In this document: piece after piece, positions 52,239 through 62,380 of the stretch
How positions within the stretch are numbered: position 1 is the first letter of the stretch
Layout of the letters: each line of letters starts with the position of its first letter
NCBI GenBank assembly: GCA_002347655.1
Contig: DDWR01000020.1
Coordinates: 76,155-140,154 of the forward strand
From: Verrucomicrobia bacterium UBA2281
GTDB taxonomy: Bacteria > Verrucomicrobiota > Kiritimatiellia > CAIQIC01 > Lenti-01
Reading direction: 5' to 3'
Length of the DNA: 64,000 nt
Program-made: the position numbers and the translations under genes
Notes under the pieces: model-generated
What the model saw: only the letters and a program-made list of their open reading frames with translations
What the model was told of the DNA's origin: nothing
The model's database searches: none

Positions 52239-53525
52239 TCAAATGCTTTGCGGAGAGGTGGCGGCGGGCGCGGGAGCGGTCGAGTCGAGGCGGGCTTTTT
52301 CGGCGTCGGCTTTGGCGGCGGCCAAGGCCGCGGCTTTTTCGGCGCGGAGGCGTTCCCGCTCGGCGGCGGCGGCCAGGGAGCCCGGCGTGGGAATGCCATC
52401 GTCGCCCAAGGGCCATTCCGGTCCCCAGCGATGTTCCGGACTCCAGTAGCCGCCGGTGGGATTGTCCTTTTCGCGGTAGGCGAATTCCCACGGCAGGTCG
52501 CCGGAGAGCAGAAAAGCCTTTTGCGCGGCCAGATCGCGGCCGGCGCGTTCGACGGTCTTGAGGATCGCGTTGTTCTTGACCCGGTCGTAGTCGGTGCGGG
52601 CGACGACCAGCACCTGGTCCTGAAGCAGTTGGAGCCGGTTGATCAACTCGCCGTATTCCACGGCCCACCAGACGTCGTTCATCGGTCCCCAGGGCATCTG
52701 CTTGACGTAGCCCGAGAACTTGTCGTGCAAGGTGATCGTGGCCAAGGTGCGCATGTCCTTGACGAGGGTGTGGACCTGGTAGGCGGACGAAACGGAGGGG
52801 CTGACGAGCATCAGTTCGGTCTTGCCGTTGTCGCCGGACATTTCGCCTTTGAGAATGACGGTCTGGAGGCTGTTGCGGACGTTGGGGGGGGCGAGATCCT
52901 TGGGGTCGGGGAAGACGATCGCGTAATGGAGGGGGGCTTCGACGATGCGCTGGGCCAAGGGCAGGATGCGCCCGTTGAGCAGATCGTACAGCAAGGCCAT
53001 GTGGGCCTCCGCCTTGTCCTGTTCGCAGAAGACGATGATGTCGCGTCCGAACAGGTTCATGATGGAGTTGCCCGTCATCCAGAGGTCTTTGTCGAGCTCT
53101 TGGCGGAAATAGCCCGTGGAGTGGAACCCGAGGCGTTTGCTTTTGGGGTCCGGGAAGCCGCCGATGGCGTAGATGGCGGCGTCCATGACCGTGTTGGCTT
53201 CGTCTTTGCGGTAGGTCACGACCATGACCGACACGTTGCCGAGCTTGAGGTTGGCGTCGGTGGCCATGCCGAGATCGACGACGGTTTTGAGGCGTTCGAC
53301 CAGCTCGGGGTTGTCGCCGAAGAGGGAGAGGAGGTAGTTGTCGGACAAAACGTCGTCGGCGGGAACGCCTTCGATCGTTTCCCCGGATTCGAGCAGATAG
53401 CGCAGATGCTGGAAGCCGCCAAAGGCGGTTTGATAGACGCCCCACGCCCGCCAAGCCAGCACGGCGCCCACGCCCAAGGCGCCGACGAGGCAAAACGCTA
53501 AACTTCGCAAGATTATTTTCCGCAT
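52239..53525 (-). CDS. hypothetical membrane-anchored protein (N-terminal TM/signal anchor), co-operonic with the propeller protein
   Basis: ATG (reverse complement) at 53525 (MRKIILRSLAFCLVGALGVGAVLAW..). 5-nt spacing to the downstream gene. No family recognised. Confidence 0.4.
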   Translation of the reverse strand: MRKIILRSLAFCLVGALGVGAVLAWRAWGVYQTAFGGFQHLRYLLESGETIEGVPADDVLSDNYLLSLFGDNPELVERLKTVVDLGMATDANLKLGNVSVMVVTYRKDEANTVMDAAIYAIGGFPDPKSKRLGFHSTGYFRQELDKDLWMTGNSIMNLFGRDIIVFCEQDKAEAHMALLYDLLNGRILPLAQRIVEAPLHYAIVFPDPKDLAPPNVRNSLQTVILKGEMSGDNGKTELMLVSPSVSSAYQVHTLVKDMRTLATITLHDKFSGYVKQMPWGPMNDVWWAVEYGELINRLQLLQDQVLVVARTDYDRVKNNAILKTVERAGRDLAAQKAFLLSGDLPWEFAYREKDNPTGGYWSPEHRWGPEWPLGDDGIPTPGSLAAAAERERLRAEKAAALAAAKADAEKARLDSTAPAPAATSPQSI

Positions 53526-53766
53526 GGCGAACCCATCCTTTCCGGATGTTCCCAAATCAATATAGGCGACCGGCGGGTTTCGCACAAGGCAAAAGATCGG
53601 GATCGCGCTCGGCGAACCGCCCAAAAAAATCGGCCCGGTGAAGCGTTTTTGCGTTGAGCTTTCATTCCGTTGCCGTTACCTTGTTAACAGAATTGGCCAG
53701 TGCTTTGTGGTCTGGCGGTTGGCTTGGGAATCGGCGAGGCGGAAAATCCGCTCCGGGAGTGCGCAA

Positions 53767-56700
53767 ATGAAGTCTGGGAATGTCGTGCGGCGGGGATGTC
53801 AACGGGTGCTGGTCGGACTGTGTCTGGCGGGGTGGCTCGTGCCGGGCTCCGTGCGGGGCGAAGCGATGTTGCAGTTCTTCAACGCGAGTTGGAACGAAAT
53901 CGCCGACAAGGTGCCCGAACTGGCGGAAGCGGGCTATTCGTCGCTCTGGCTGCCGCCGCCGGCCAAGGCCAACGGCGGCTATTCGGTGGGCTACGACCTG
54001 TTCGATCCGTTCGACCTGGGCAACAAGAACCAGCGCGGCACGATCGCCACGCGTTACGGCACCAAGGCGGATCTGCACAACCTGATCGAGCTGTGCCACC
54101 GCTTCGGCATCCGGATCTACTTCGACAACATCATGAACCACCGCGCCTACGACGTGCCGGGCTACAACGAAACCACGCCGATCGACGTCTTCCCCGGGAT
54201 GGTGGCCGAGGATTTCCACCTGCGCACCACCTCCGACGGCTTCTACCGCAAATGGGACAACACCCGCGACTGGCAGGACGCCTGGCAGGTGATGCATCTG
54301 GGGCTGTCGGACCTGCTGGACATCGCCCACGAGACGCCCAACCAGAATTTCGGCCCCACCGAAGGCAGTTGGCACGAGAAACCCTCCATCGTGCGCCATC
54401 CGCAGAACCCGGAATACTACGATTGGCACCCCACGCTGGGCTGGGTCGGCTTCAACAGCACGTCGATCACCGAATCGGTCATCGCCGCGAATCCCGATTT
54501 CTTCAAGGAAGACGTCGGCGCCTACCTGTGCCGCAACGCGCGCTGGATGCTGGAGACCACGAAAGCCGACGGGTTCCGCCTCGACGCCGTCAAGCACGTG
54601 CCGGACTACTTCTTCGGGGCGTTCGGGGACGACGCCAGCGACGCCGGCTATCTGGGCCAGATCCAGTGGCAGTTCAACATGACCCATGGCTACAGCGATT
54701 GGAGCAACCACCGCGACAGCAACTTCAGCACGGAAATCCCGCGCGACGACGCGCTGCTCTTCGGCGAACATCTCGGCCAGCCGCCCGGCTACGGCGGCTA
54801 TATCTCCGCCGGGATGCGGCTGGTGGACAACGATCTGCGCAACCAGCTCAACTGGCGCTTCAGCGCGGGCGATCTGTGGGGCTACGACAACGCCGGCGCG
54901 GGCGGCTTCGATTCCGCCGTGGGCGTGATGCATGCCCAGAGCCACGACAACGACTACGTGGACCGCAAGGAACTCCAGCACGCCTACTACTTCCTGCGCG
55001 GCGGGCTTGGCCTGCTCTACACCGACGGCAACCGCCACGCGGAAACCCTCTCCGGCAGCGGCGGCGCTTTCCCGCGCTGGGCCAGCACCGCGTTCCTCGG
55101 CCAGTGGGGCCAGCCCCAAATCCCCGAACTCCTGAAGATCCACGAGAACGGCGCGCGCTACACCCATCACGGCATGGGCACGCACTGGGACGGCGCGGTC
55201 ATCGCCTGGGAGCGCGGCGGGACCTTCCCCTGGAACACCTTCCTGACGGTGTTCAATTCGAAGTGGGCGGATTGGCGCTCCATTCCGACCCAGGGCACGT
55301 TCCCGGACGGCGCCTACCTCTACAACTACGTCCGCGCCTACCAGTGCTACTATACCGGCAGCGGGCCGGCCGCCGACTACGTCTACGCCAGCGATCTGTA
55401 CAACGTCAACCAGCCCCCCAACAGCTATTCGGTCTGGGGCTACAAGAATCCCGACCCGAGCGGCCTCTGGTCCGGCGACGCGATTTCGATCACCGACGAC
55501 GGCCAGCTGGCCGAAACCATCTCCGTGGACCGCCGGGACGGGCCCGACGGCGACGCGGAGTTCAACCCCTACAACTATTCCAACCGCGGCTTTCCCGACG
55601 GCGCCACGCCGACGCCCTACAGCTATCGCCAGTCCATCCCGCGCATTACCAAGGGCACCAACGTCGTCTTCACGGCCCGCGTGGACGGCTCGGCCGACAA
55701 CGTCCTGATGCGCCTCGACGGCGGCATGGACCTGAACGGGGCCACCCACGCGCTGGGCGACCTGCGCGACAACCCGCCGGCGCTGAGCCACGACATGTAT
55801 TTAGGCTTCGAAGGCGTCGATTTCGTCCAGCGCATCTGGCCGGAAAAATTCGCGGCGACGGATTCCGCGCGCGCCAAGATCGCCTCGCCGGGCGCGGAGA
55901 CCTACGTCGCCACGCTCAACACCGCCTTCACCACGAACCTCTCGACGGGCAGCAACGACTGGGACGGCACCTACACGGTGTCCTGGATCTGGCACGATCC
56001 CAACGGCACCCAGGACGGCGATCGCGCGGGCAACGCGCAGTTCTGGCCGCCGGTCACCAATGCGGGCGGCTCCACGATCTACGTCGGCGTCAAGACCCCG
56101 AAGGTCGCCGGCAACCGCGTCCACCTCTATTACACCACCAACGGCACGGCTTGGCCCGAGGGCGCCGGCGGCAAGGGCGCCAATGCCGATACCCGCGTGG
56201 TCGAAGGGGCCTGGGTGGGCGACGGCAGCGATTCGTCCGATTGGTGGGAACTCCAAGTCCCCGCCATGCCCGCCGGGACGGTCTTCCGCTACAAGATCGG
56301 TTCGGCGCGCCAACAGGGCTACGACGGCAACGGGTGGGACGTCGTCTGGCCGGGCAGCGCCGCCGAGGTCGCCCGGAAGGTCCAGATGCTGGGCGAGTGG
56401 GAAACGGACGCCCAGAACCTGAAGACCAAATCCTACCACCGGCACAACAACTACAACAGCTGGACGACCAACGGGCTTCCGGACGGCTTCCACCTGCTGA
56501 CGGCGCGGGCGTTCCTGGACCGCGACGATGGCGCCCCGGTCTTCAACACCTTCCGCCAGACGTTCTACCTGGACACGGAAACCCCGCAGGGCTACGTGCA
56601 GTATCCGGCGGCCGACGGCGAGACCTACTACGGCAGCGAGTACGGCTTCATCGTGCGCACCGATCCGACCGCGCGCGAGGTGTGGTATCATATCGACGAC

Positions 56701-59700
56701 AGCAACGCCGACAACGATGGCCCCGGCAACGGCATGGTGTCCGGCAAGGTCGTCTGGGCGCAGGCCTCGACCGTGGGGGCGTGGACCGAGGACATGGCCG
56801 AGGATACGGCCTTCCCGAAGATCTGGCGCTTCAACTACGACCGCATCCCGGCCACGGGCACCGCCACGATCCGCGTCCGCCTGCGCGAATGGTCCAGTTC
56901 CGCCACCAACGCCTGGTCGGCCACCAACCCGACGAACGACAACGCTGCGGCCGGCCACTTCACGCAACTGGAGCGCACCCTGATCACCCGCGGCCCGGCG
57001 GAAGAATTTTTCTACGACTGGCCCGAGACGGACGGCGCGATGGTGGAGGCCGGCTGGCAACTGCGCATCCACTACACCGCCAGCATGGCCGCCGGCCTTT
57101 CGGACCAGGAAATCTACGACCGCATCAAGGTCTACGTGAACGCGTCCGCCAACGGCTCGACCAACCGCGGCGAACTGGTGGATGCCGCCGGGTTGAACTT
57201 CACGCACCAGTGGAACTGGGGCGCGGCCGGCGAAGGCCTCAACGTCCTGGGCTTCGACATGCCCAACGTCTACAACGGCCAGGACGGGTGGCTCTACGGC
57301 GTGCGCGTCGAGTTCACCAACAGCAACGGCTACGGCGTTTTCGACAAGGCCGCCGTGCGCCTCGTGCAGCACCGCGGGCCCCTGCTGCCCACGCTGATCA
57401 TCACCACGCCGCCCGAAACCGACAGCGACGGCGCGAAATACGTCATCCGGATGGAAGACGTGCCGGCCAGCGTGCTGGCCACCAATCCGGCCCTGCGGCA
57501 AACGCCCATCGTGGTGCTGACCGACGCCAACGCCACCAATCTGGCCATCCAGTTCAACAGCCCGACGGACTACGTGGGCGCGGTGGTCCTCGACAACGTC
57601 GTCACCAACGGGGACAGCCTGACCTGGACCCACGTCTGGACCGTCACCAACGCCGGCGCCTACCGCTTCACGGCCACCGTCTGGGCCGATACCAACGGCA
57701 CCGAACTGAGTTCCGCCGTCAACTCGGCCACGCGCAACGCCACCGTCCAGTTCCGCGAACTCGTCGCCACGACCAACGCGGCCGATGCGGATTGGGACGA
57801 CGACGGCATCCTCAACACCAACGAGGTTTCCGCCTGCCCGCTGCCGGACAGCGCCGCCGAATACTGGACGCAGACCGAAGTCTTCAACTACTTCGCCCGC
57901 GGCAAGTCCATGGAGAACAGCCCCGACACCGACGGCGACGGCCTGCCCGACGGCCTCGAACTGGGTTACCGTGGGCCCGCCGCCGGCACCGACGAGGCCA
58001 CCGACACCGACGGCGACGGCTACCCGAACTTCCGGCCCGACCTCGATCCGCCGTTCTACAACACCTTGGACAATCTCGGCACCGTGAAGGGCATCGACGG
58101 CGCCGGCACCGGCGCCAGCCGCACCAAGCTCGCGCAAGGCACGACCACCGATCCGACGAATCCCGACACCGACTACGACGGGCTGCCCGACGGCGTCGAG
58201 GACGCCAACCGCAACGGGTGGGTCGACGGCGACGGCGCCAGCCTGCCGACCAATTGGAGCCCGTTCCTCGAGCGCAACTGGCCCGACGGCCTCATCAACA
58301 GCGGCGAGACCTGGCTGGAAACCTCCCCGAACCTCGCCGACAGCGACCGCGACGGCCTCAGCGACGGCTACGGCGAGGACAAGGACTTCAACGGCCGCAT
58401 CGCCGGCGACGTCAACGACAACCGGATCTGGGACGCCGGCGAAACCTGGACGGAAACCGATCCGCTGAATCCCGATACCGACGGCGACGGCCTGCCCGAC
58501 GGCTGGGAAGTCCGCTACGGCCTCGACCCCCTCGACGCCACGGGCCTCAACGGGGCCGACGGCAACCCCGACGGCGACACCTATCTCGACGTGGAAAGCG
58601 TCGAACAGCCCTACGTCAACCTGCTCGAATACCAGAACGGCACCAACCCCCGCGAAGCGGACTCCCTCGAGAATCCCGGCGGCGAAGGCTCCATCGTCGT
58701 CGGCCAGGGCGCGATTCTCGGCACGGTCAACGACGTCGACTACTACCGCGAATTCATGGATTGGACCTTGGCCGACCTGCTCGCGCTGGACAACTACAAC
58801 CAGGGCGGCAATTCCGCCGACATCTACCGCCGCGGCGACGGATTCGACAGCTCCCGCGACATGGTGGCGTTCTATTTCCGCGACGGCGGCGCGACCGGCG
58901 CCGGCGGCGACGGCAAGCTCTACTTCCGCGTGGACTTCGACGACCTGAAGGCCAATGCCGAGCAAAGCGCGCTCAACGTCTACGTCGCCATCAACTTCGG
59001 CACCTACGGGGAAGGCGGCGAGGTCAACCTGCCCGACCAGGTCAACGCCGGCAGCCTGATGCAGTGGAACGCCTGCGTCGGCGTGTACGACGGCGGCAGC
59101 GGCGTGCTCTACGTGGACGGCAACAAGAACAACAACACGACCGACATCGGCGGCGATCTCGCCGCCGCCGGCGTGGCCGCCGTCCCGGGCGGGATCGTGG
59201 GCACCTATTTCGACTCCACCCTCGACGCCGTGGCGTGGAGCATCGACCGCGCCGCCCTGGTGGCCGCGGGGTGGGGCGGCGATCCGGACACCCTCCTGTT
59301 CCAGGTCTACACCACCAGCGACTTCACCGGCGACGACGGCGGCAGCGGCGACAAGGGCGGCCTCAACGACTTCACCGACACCATCGGCGACGACTGGCTG
59401 TGCTCCGACTACTACCAGGACTACAACTACGTCGCCGCCAACGGCTACTACCGGTACTGCATCGGCCGCACCGCCGGCGGCTACGTGTTCAACAACGTCG
59501 GCCAGCACGCCAAGGTGGCCTTGCTCGCGCACGGCAACCAGGCCGTCGAGCCCGGCGCGACCATCCAGAACATCGTGGACAACGGCAGCGGCGCGGGCTA
59601 CCAGCGCCCCGTCAAGATCCACAACATCTATTCCAACGCGGCGCTCAACCTGCACATCACGCCGACGCTGGCCATGTCCCTGGAATGGGCCAAGGTCGGC

Positions 59701-62226
59701 ACCTCCAACACGTGGTATTCCGGGCCGGGGCTCAACGAGCAGATCCGCGCCGGCGTGGCGGCGGGCACCTTCCGCCTGCTCGGCAGCACCTTCTCCGACC
59801 ATATCCTCCCGTACTTCGACGCGGCCTACAACCGCGCCAACGTGGAACTCGCCGCCGACGTCCTCAACGACGTCTACGGCGGGTCGCCCGCCAGCGGCGT
59901 GGTCTCCACCAACGTGTTCTGGATTCCCGAGCGCGTCGCCGACGTCGAGACCCTCAAGCAGGTCAAGACCAACCTGGGCTTCCGCGCCACCATCCTCGAC
60001 CAGACGCCCCATCTGCTGGAGTGGTACGGCCGCGAGGAAGCCCTCGGCAACAACGCCTACAAGATCAACCGCCTGTGGCTCGAGCATGCCGGCGGCCCTT
60101 GGCCGTCCGTCGATGCCTTCGTCATCGCCACCGCCGCCAACAACTACCGCTACGTGAACACCGACGGCGGCTTGCCGACGGAACTGCGCCAGCTCTTCAA
60201 CCGGCGCGCGCGCTCCGGCGCCGACCAGATCTCCACCATCTTCTACATGTGGGAAGACCTCTCCGCCAACGCCAACGCCGACGCCTACGACGCCAACCTG
60301 CGCTGGATGGCCAACCATCCCTGGATCCAGGTCGTCGCCCTCGACGATGCCCTCGACGGCGAAACCGTCGAACGCAACCTGACCGCCGCCGCCGGCCCGC
60401 AGGCCCAGGACTGGGTGCACCACGCTTCCAACCAGGACTACGACAACTGGTTCTTCGGCTCCGGCCGCCACGAAGGCCTCGCGCCGAAGCTGTTCGAGGT
60501 GCGCCTCGGCACCAATCTGCCCTCCGGCACGCCGTACGGCTCCATGACCAACGGCATCCTCTCCAACGCGTGGAAGACCGTGCGCGGGCTCACCAACGCG
60601 ACCGTCCGGCGTCTCGCCCAGCAGGCGCTCTTCGCCTCCACGTTCGAAACCGCCTTCCACAACGAGAGCAACGGCGACCTGACCCGCTGGAGCTTCGGCG
60701 AATACGCCGCGCCCGCCACGGACTGGCAAGGCCTGCAGGGCTTCGCCTGGAAGGCGCAGGGCCAGACCCGCATGGCCGCGCTCTACGGCGCCGTGGACGA
60801 CTGGGCCAACCGCACGCTTTCTTCCGTCGAGGTGGTTTCCGCCGACGTCGATCTCGACGGCGAGAACGAATATGTCCTGCGCAACGACGCGGTCATGGCT
60901 CTCTTCGAACGCAGCGGCGGCCGGATGGTCGGCGCCTGGCACAAGAACGGCACCAACGTCGTCCAGATGATCGGCAACTTCGTCTCCATGCCCGATTCCG
61001 GCACCGAAGACGAAGGCACCGACAACGTCAGCGGCGGCGGGACGGGGGCCTACCGCACCTCCGCCCTCAAGGATTGGTGGAACGGCTCCGCCAACCGCGT
61101 CAACGATCTCTACGCCTTCTCCGCCGGCGCCAACTCCGTCACCTTCTCCAACGCGGGCATCGTCAAGACCGTCGCGCTGGCCAATGCCGCCACCAACGTC
61201 TTCGCGGTGAACTACGCCATGCCCGGCCAGACGCTCTACGTCCGCAACGGCCTCTCGCCCGATCTCGACGCCCTGCTGCGCACCGGCCAGCGCAACCTGG
61301 CCGAGGAAGCCACCGGCTCTTCCGCGCTGGCGGTGTCCGCCATCCGGCCCGCCGACGGCCTCGCCAGCACCGTCAAGCTCGCCGTCGCCACCGGCGCCAT
61401 CAATACGGCCGCCACGGACATGTCCAACACCTGGAACACCGTCAACCTGCGCAACCAGGCCCAGACCCGGCAGGTGGAACTCGTCGGCACCAACGCGCTG
61501 GCCTTCACTCTCGAACTGGCGTCTTCCGCGACCGGCGCCGACGAACCGCCGGTCCTCGAGTTCACGCCGTCCGGCCCGTACGTGATGCCCGTGGGCGCGA
61601 CCTCGTCCTTCACCGTCGCGGCCATCGACTACGACAGCCCCGCCACCACGCTGACGGCTTCCAATCTGCCGGTCGGCGGCTCCAAGCTGGCCGCGTTCGA
61701 CGCCAACACCGGCGCGTTCTCCTGGCACGTGACCGCCCTCGGCCAGGGCGGCCGCACCAACGACCAGGTCTACACCAACACGGTCTTCACCGCCTTCGAC
61801 GGCACCAGTTCCACCGCCGCCACGGTCGTCATCACGGTTCCGTGGGACGCCGACGCCGACGGCATGCCCGACGACTGGGAACTGCTCAAGTTCGGCACCG
61901 TCACCAATGCCGCCGCCGGCGATTGGGACGGCGACGGCTTCCCCAACTACAGCGAATGGGTCGCCAACACCGATCCCGACGCTCCCGGCAGCTACGTCGG
62001 CTGGGAAAACCGGATGGTGCTTTCGCCCAACTCCGTCGCGCTGACCTTCCAGTCCATCGTCGGCCGCACCTACAAGATCGAAGGCCTCGACGAACTGTTG
62101 CCCGGCACCAACTGGCAGCAATTGGACATCGTCGTCAGCACCAACGACCCGATGACCTGGGTGGACACCAACGCCTGGCCGGACGTCCGCAACTACCGCA
62201 TCAAGATCCCGCTGGCCCAGCCCTGA
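53767..62226 (+). CDS. giant secreted protein (about 2,820 aa): signal peptide, N-terminal GH13 alpha-amylase-family catalytic domain, long beta-rich region, thrombospondin-type-3-like Ca-binding repeats, and the same C-terminal module as the first giant protein
   Basis: ATG 53767 (MKSGNVVRRGCQRVLVGLCLAGWLVPGSVRG). GH13 regions (GYSSLWLPPP, FDPFDLG, GTKADLHNLIELCHRFGIRIYFDNIMNHR, GFRLDAVKH). Repeated DTDGDGLPDG / NPDTDYDGLPDG / DSDRDGLSDG motifs. C-terminal module is alignable with 44080-44436. Confidence 0.8.
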   Translation: MKSGNVVRRGCQRVLVGLCLAGWLVPGSVRGEAMLQFFNASWNEIADKVPELAEAGYSSLWLPPPAKANGGYSVGYDLFDPFDLGNKNQRGTIATRYGTKADLHNLIELCHRFGIRIYFDNIMNHRAYDVPGYNETTPIDVFPGMVAEDFHLRTTSDGFYRKWDNTRDWQDAWQVMHLGLSDLLDIAHETPNQNFGPTEGSWHEKPSIVRHPQNPEYYDWHPTLGWVGFNSTSITESVIAANPDFFKEDVGAYLCRNARWMLETTKADGFRLDAVKHVPDYFFGAFGDDASDAGYLGQIQWQFNMTHGYSDWSNHRDSNFSTEIPRDDALLFGEHLGQPPGYGGYISAGMRLVDNDLRNQLNWRFSAGDLWGYDNAGAGGFDSAVGVMHAQSHDNDYVDRKELQHAYYFLRGGLGLLYTDGNRHAETLSGSGGAFPRWASTAFLGQWGQPQIPELLKIHENGARYTHHGMGTHWDGAVIAWERGGTFPWNTFLTVFNSKWADWRSIPTQGTFPDGAYLYNYVRAYQCYYTGSGPAADYVYASDLYNVNQPPNSYSVWGYKNPDPSGLWSGDAISITDDGQLAETISVDRRDGPDGDAEFNPYNYSNRGFPDGATPTPYSYRQSIPRITKGTNVVFTARVDGSADNVLMRLDGGMDLNGATHALGDLRDNPPALSHDMYLGFEGVDFVQRIWPEKFAATDSARAKIASPGAETYVATLNTAFTTNLSTGSNDWDGTYTVSWIWHDPNGTQDGDRAGNAQFWPPVTNAGGSTIYVGVKTPKVAGNRVHLYYTTNGTAWPEGAGGKGANADTRVVEGAWVGDGSDSSDWWELQVPAMPAGTVFRYKIGSARQQGYDGNGWDVVWPGSAAEVARKVQMLGEWETDAQNLKTKSYHRHNNYNSWTTNGLPDGFHLLTARAFLDRDDGAPVFNTFRQTFYLDTETPQGYVQYPAADGETYYGSEYGFIVRTDPTAREVWYHIDDSNADNDGPGNGMVSGKVVWAQASTVGAWTEDMAEDTAFPKIWRFNYDRIPATGTATIRVRLREWSSSATNAWSATNPTNDNAAAGHFTQLERTLITRGPAEEFFYDWPETDGAMVEAGWQLRIHYTASMAAGLSDQEIYDRIKVYVNASANGSTNRGELVDAAGLNFTHQWNWGAAGEGLNVLGFDMPNVYNGQDGWLYGVRVEFTNSNGYGVFDKAAVRLVQHRGPLLPTLIITTPPETDSDGAKYVIRMEDVPASVLATNPALRQTPIVVLTDANATNLAIQFNSPTDYVGAVVLDNVVTNGDSLTWTHVWTVTNAGAYRFTATVWADTNGTELSSAVNSATRNATVQFRELVATTNAADADWDDDGILNTNEVSACPLPDSAAEYWTQTEVFNYFARGKSMENSPDTDGDGLPDGLELGYRGPAAGTDEATDTDGDGYPNFRPDLDPPFYNTLDNLGTVKGIDGAGTGASRTKLAQGTTTDPTNPDTDYDGLPDGVEDANRNGWVDGDGASLPTNWSPFLERNWPDGLINSGETWLETSPNLADSDRDGLSDGYGEDKDFNGRIAGDVNDNRIWDAGETWTETDPLNPDTDGDGLPDGWEVRYGLDPLDATGLNGADGNPDGDTYLDVESVEQPYVNLLEYQNGTNPREADSLENPGGEGSIVVGQGAILGTVNDVDYYREFMDWTLADLLALDNYNQGGNSADIYRRGDGFDSSRDMVAFYFRDGGATGAGGDGKLYFRVDFDDLKANAEQSALNVYVAINFGTYGEGGEVNLPDQVNAGSLMQWNACVGVYDGGSGVLYVDGNKNNNTTDIGGDLAAAGVAAVPGGIVGTYFDSTLDAVAWSIDRAALVAAGWGGDPDTLLFQVYTTSDFTGDDGGSGDKGGLNDFTDTIGDDWLCSDYYQDYNYVAANGYYRYCIGRTAGGYVFNNVGQHAKVALLAHGNQAVEPGATIQNIVDNGSGAGYQRPVKIHNIYSNAALNLHITPTLAMSLEWAKVGTSNTWYSGPGLNEQIRAGVAAGTFRLLGSTFSDHILPYFDAAYNRANVELAADVLNDVYGGSPASGVVSTNVFWIPERVADVETLKQVKTNLGFRATILDQTPHLLEWYGREEALGNNAYKINRLWLEHAGGPWPSVDAFVIATAANNYRYVNTDGGLPTELRQLFNRRARSGADQISTIFYMWEDLSANANADAYDANLRWMANHPWIQVVALDDALDGETVERNLTAAAGPQAQDWVHHASNQDYDNWFFGSGRHEGLAPKLFEVRLGTNLPSGTPYGSMTNGILSNAWKTVRGLTNATVRRLAQQALFASTFETAFHNESNGDLTRWSFGEYAAPATDWQGLQGFAWKAQGQTRMAALYGAVDDWANRTLSSVEVVSADVDLDGENEYVLRNDAVMALFERSGGRMVGAWHKNGTNVVQMIGNFVSMPDSGTEDEGTDNVSGGGTGAYRTSALKDWWNGSANRVNDLYAFSAGANSVTFSNAGIVKTVALANAATNVFAVNYAMPGQTLYVRNGLSPDLDALLRTGQRNLAEEATGSSALAVSAIRPADGLASTVKLAVATGAINTAATDMSNTWNTVNLRNQAQTRQVELVGTNALAFTLELASSATGADEPPVLEFTPSGPYVMPVGATSSFTVAAIDYDSPATTLTASNLPVGGSKLAAFDANTGAFSWHVTALGQGGRTNDQVYTNTVFTAFDGTSSTAATVVITVPWDADADGMPDDWELLKFGTVTNAAAGDWDGDGFPNYSEWVANTDPDAPGSYVGWENRMVLSPNSVALTFQSIVGRTYKIEGLDELLPGTNWQQLDIVVSTNDPMTWVDTNAWPDVRNYRIKIPLAQP

Positions 62227-62299
62227 TCCGGTCCGCGCCCGCCGGCGGCCGGGGCCCGGCTGCCCGGCCTGCCGCTCCGCCCATGGACGGGCGCGCTGG

Positions 62300-62335
62300 C
62301 CCGGCGCGCCGGGATTCCGTTTCATTCCGCTCTTG
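62300..62335 (+). terminator. possible intrinsic terminator after the giant gene: GC palindrome CCCGGCGCGCCGGG followed by a T-rich stretch (attccgtttcattcc)
   Basis: Perfect 14-nt GC palindrome read directly. The T-tract is interrupted, so the call is weak. Confidence 0.25.
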
Positions 62336-62364
62336 CGCCGGGCAGGGGCGGGGCGTATGTTGGT

Positions 62365-62376
62365 GAACGGAAGTTC
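62365..62376 (+). promoter_or_regulatory. putative LexA operator (SOS box of the GAAC-N4-GTTC type) immediately upstream of umuD
   Basis: ggtGAACggaaGTTCagtcATG; perfect dyad 4 nt before the umuD start codon. Confidence 0.4.
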
Positions 62377-62380
62377 AGTC

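Noticed and set aside
33817-62226. PEP-CTERM, LPXTG or T9SS sorting signals at the C-termini of the two giant proteins
   Set aside because: The C-termini (..GTIRVRMDPP and ..RNYRIKIPLAQP) lack a PEP motif plus TM plus basic tail, an LPXTG motif or a clear Por-tail consensus. Only a shared novel module was seen, and that is reported as a finding.
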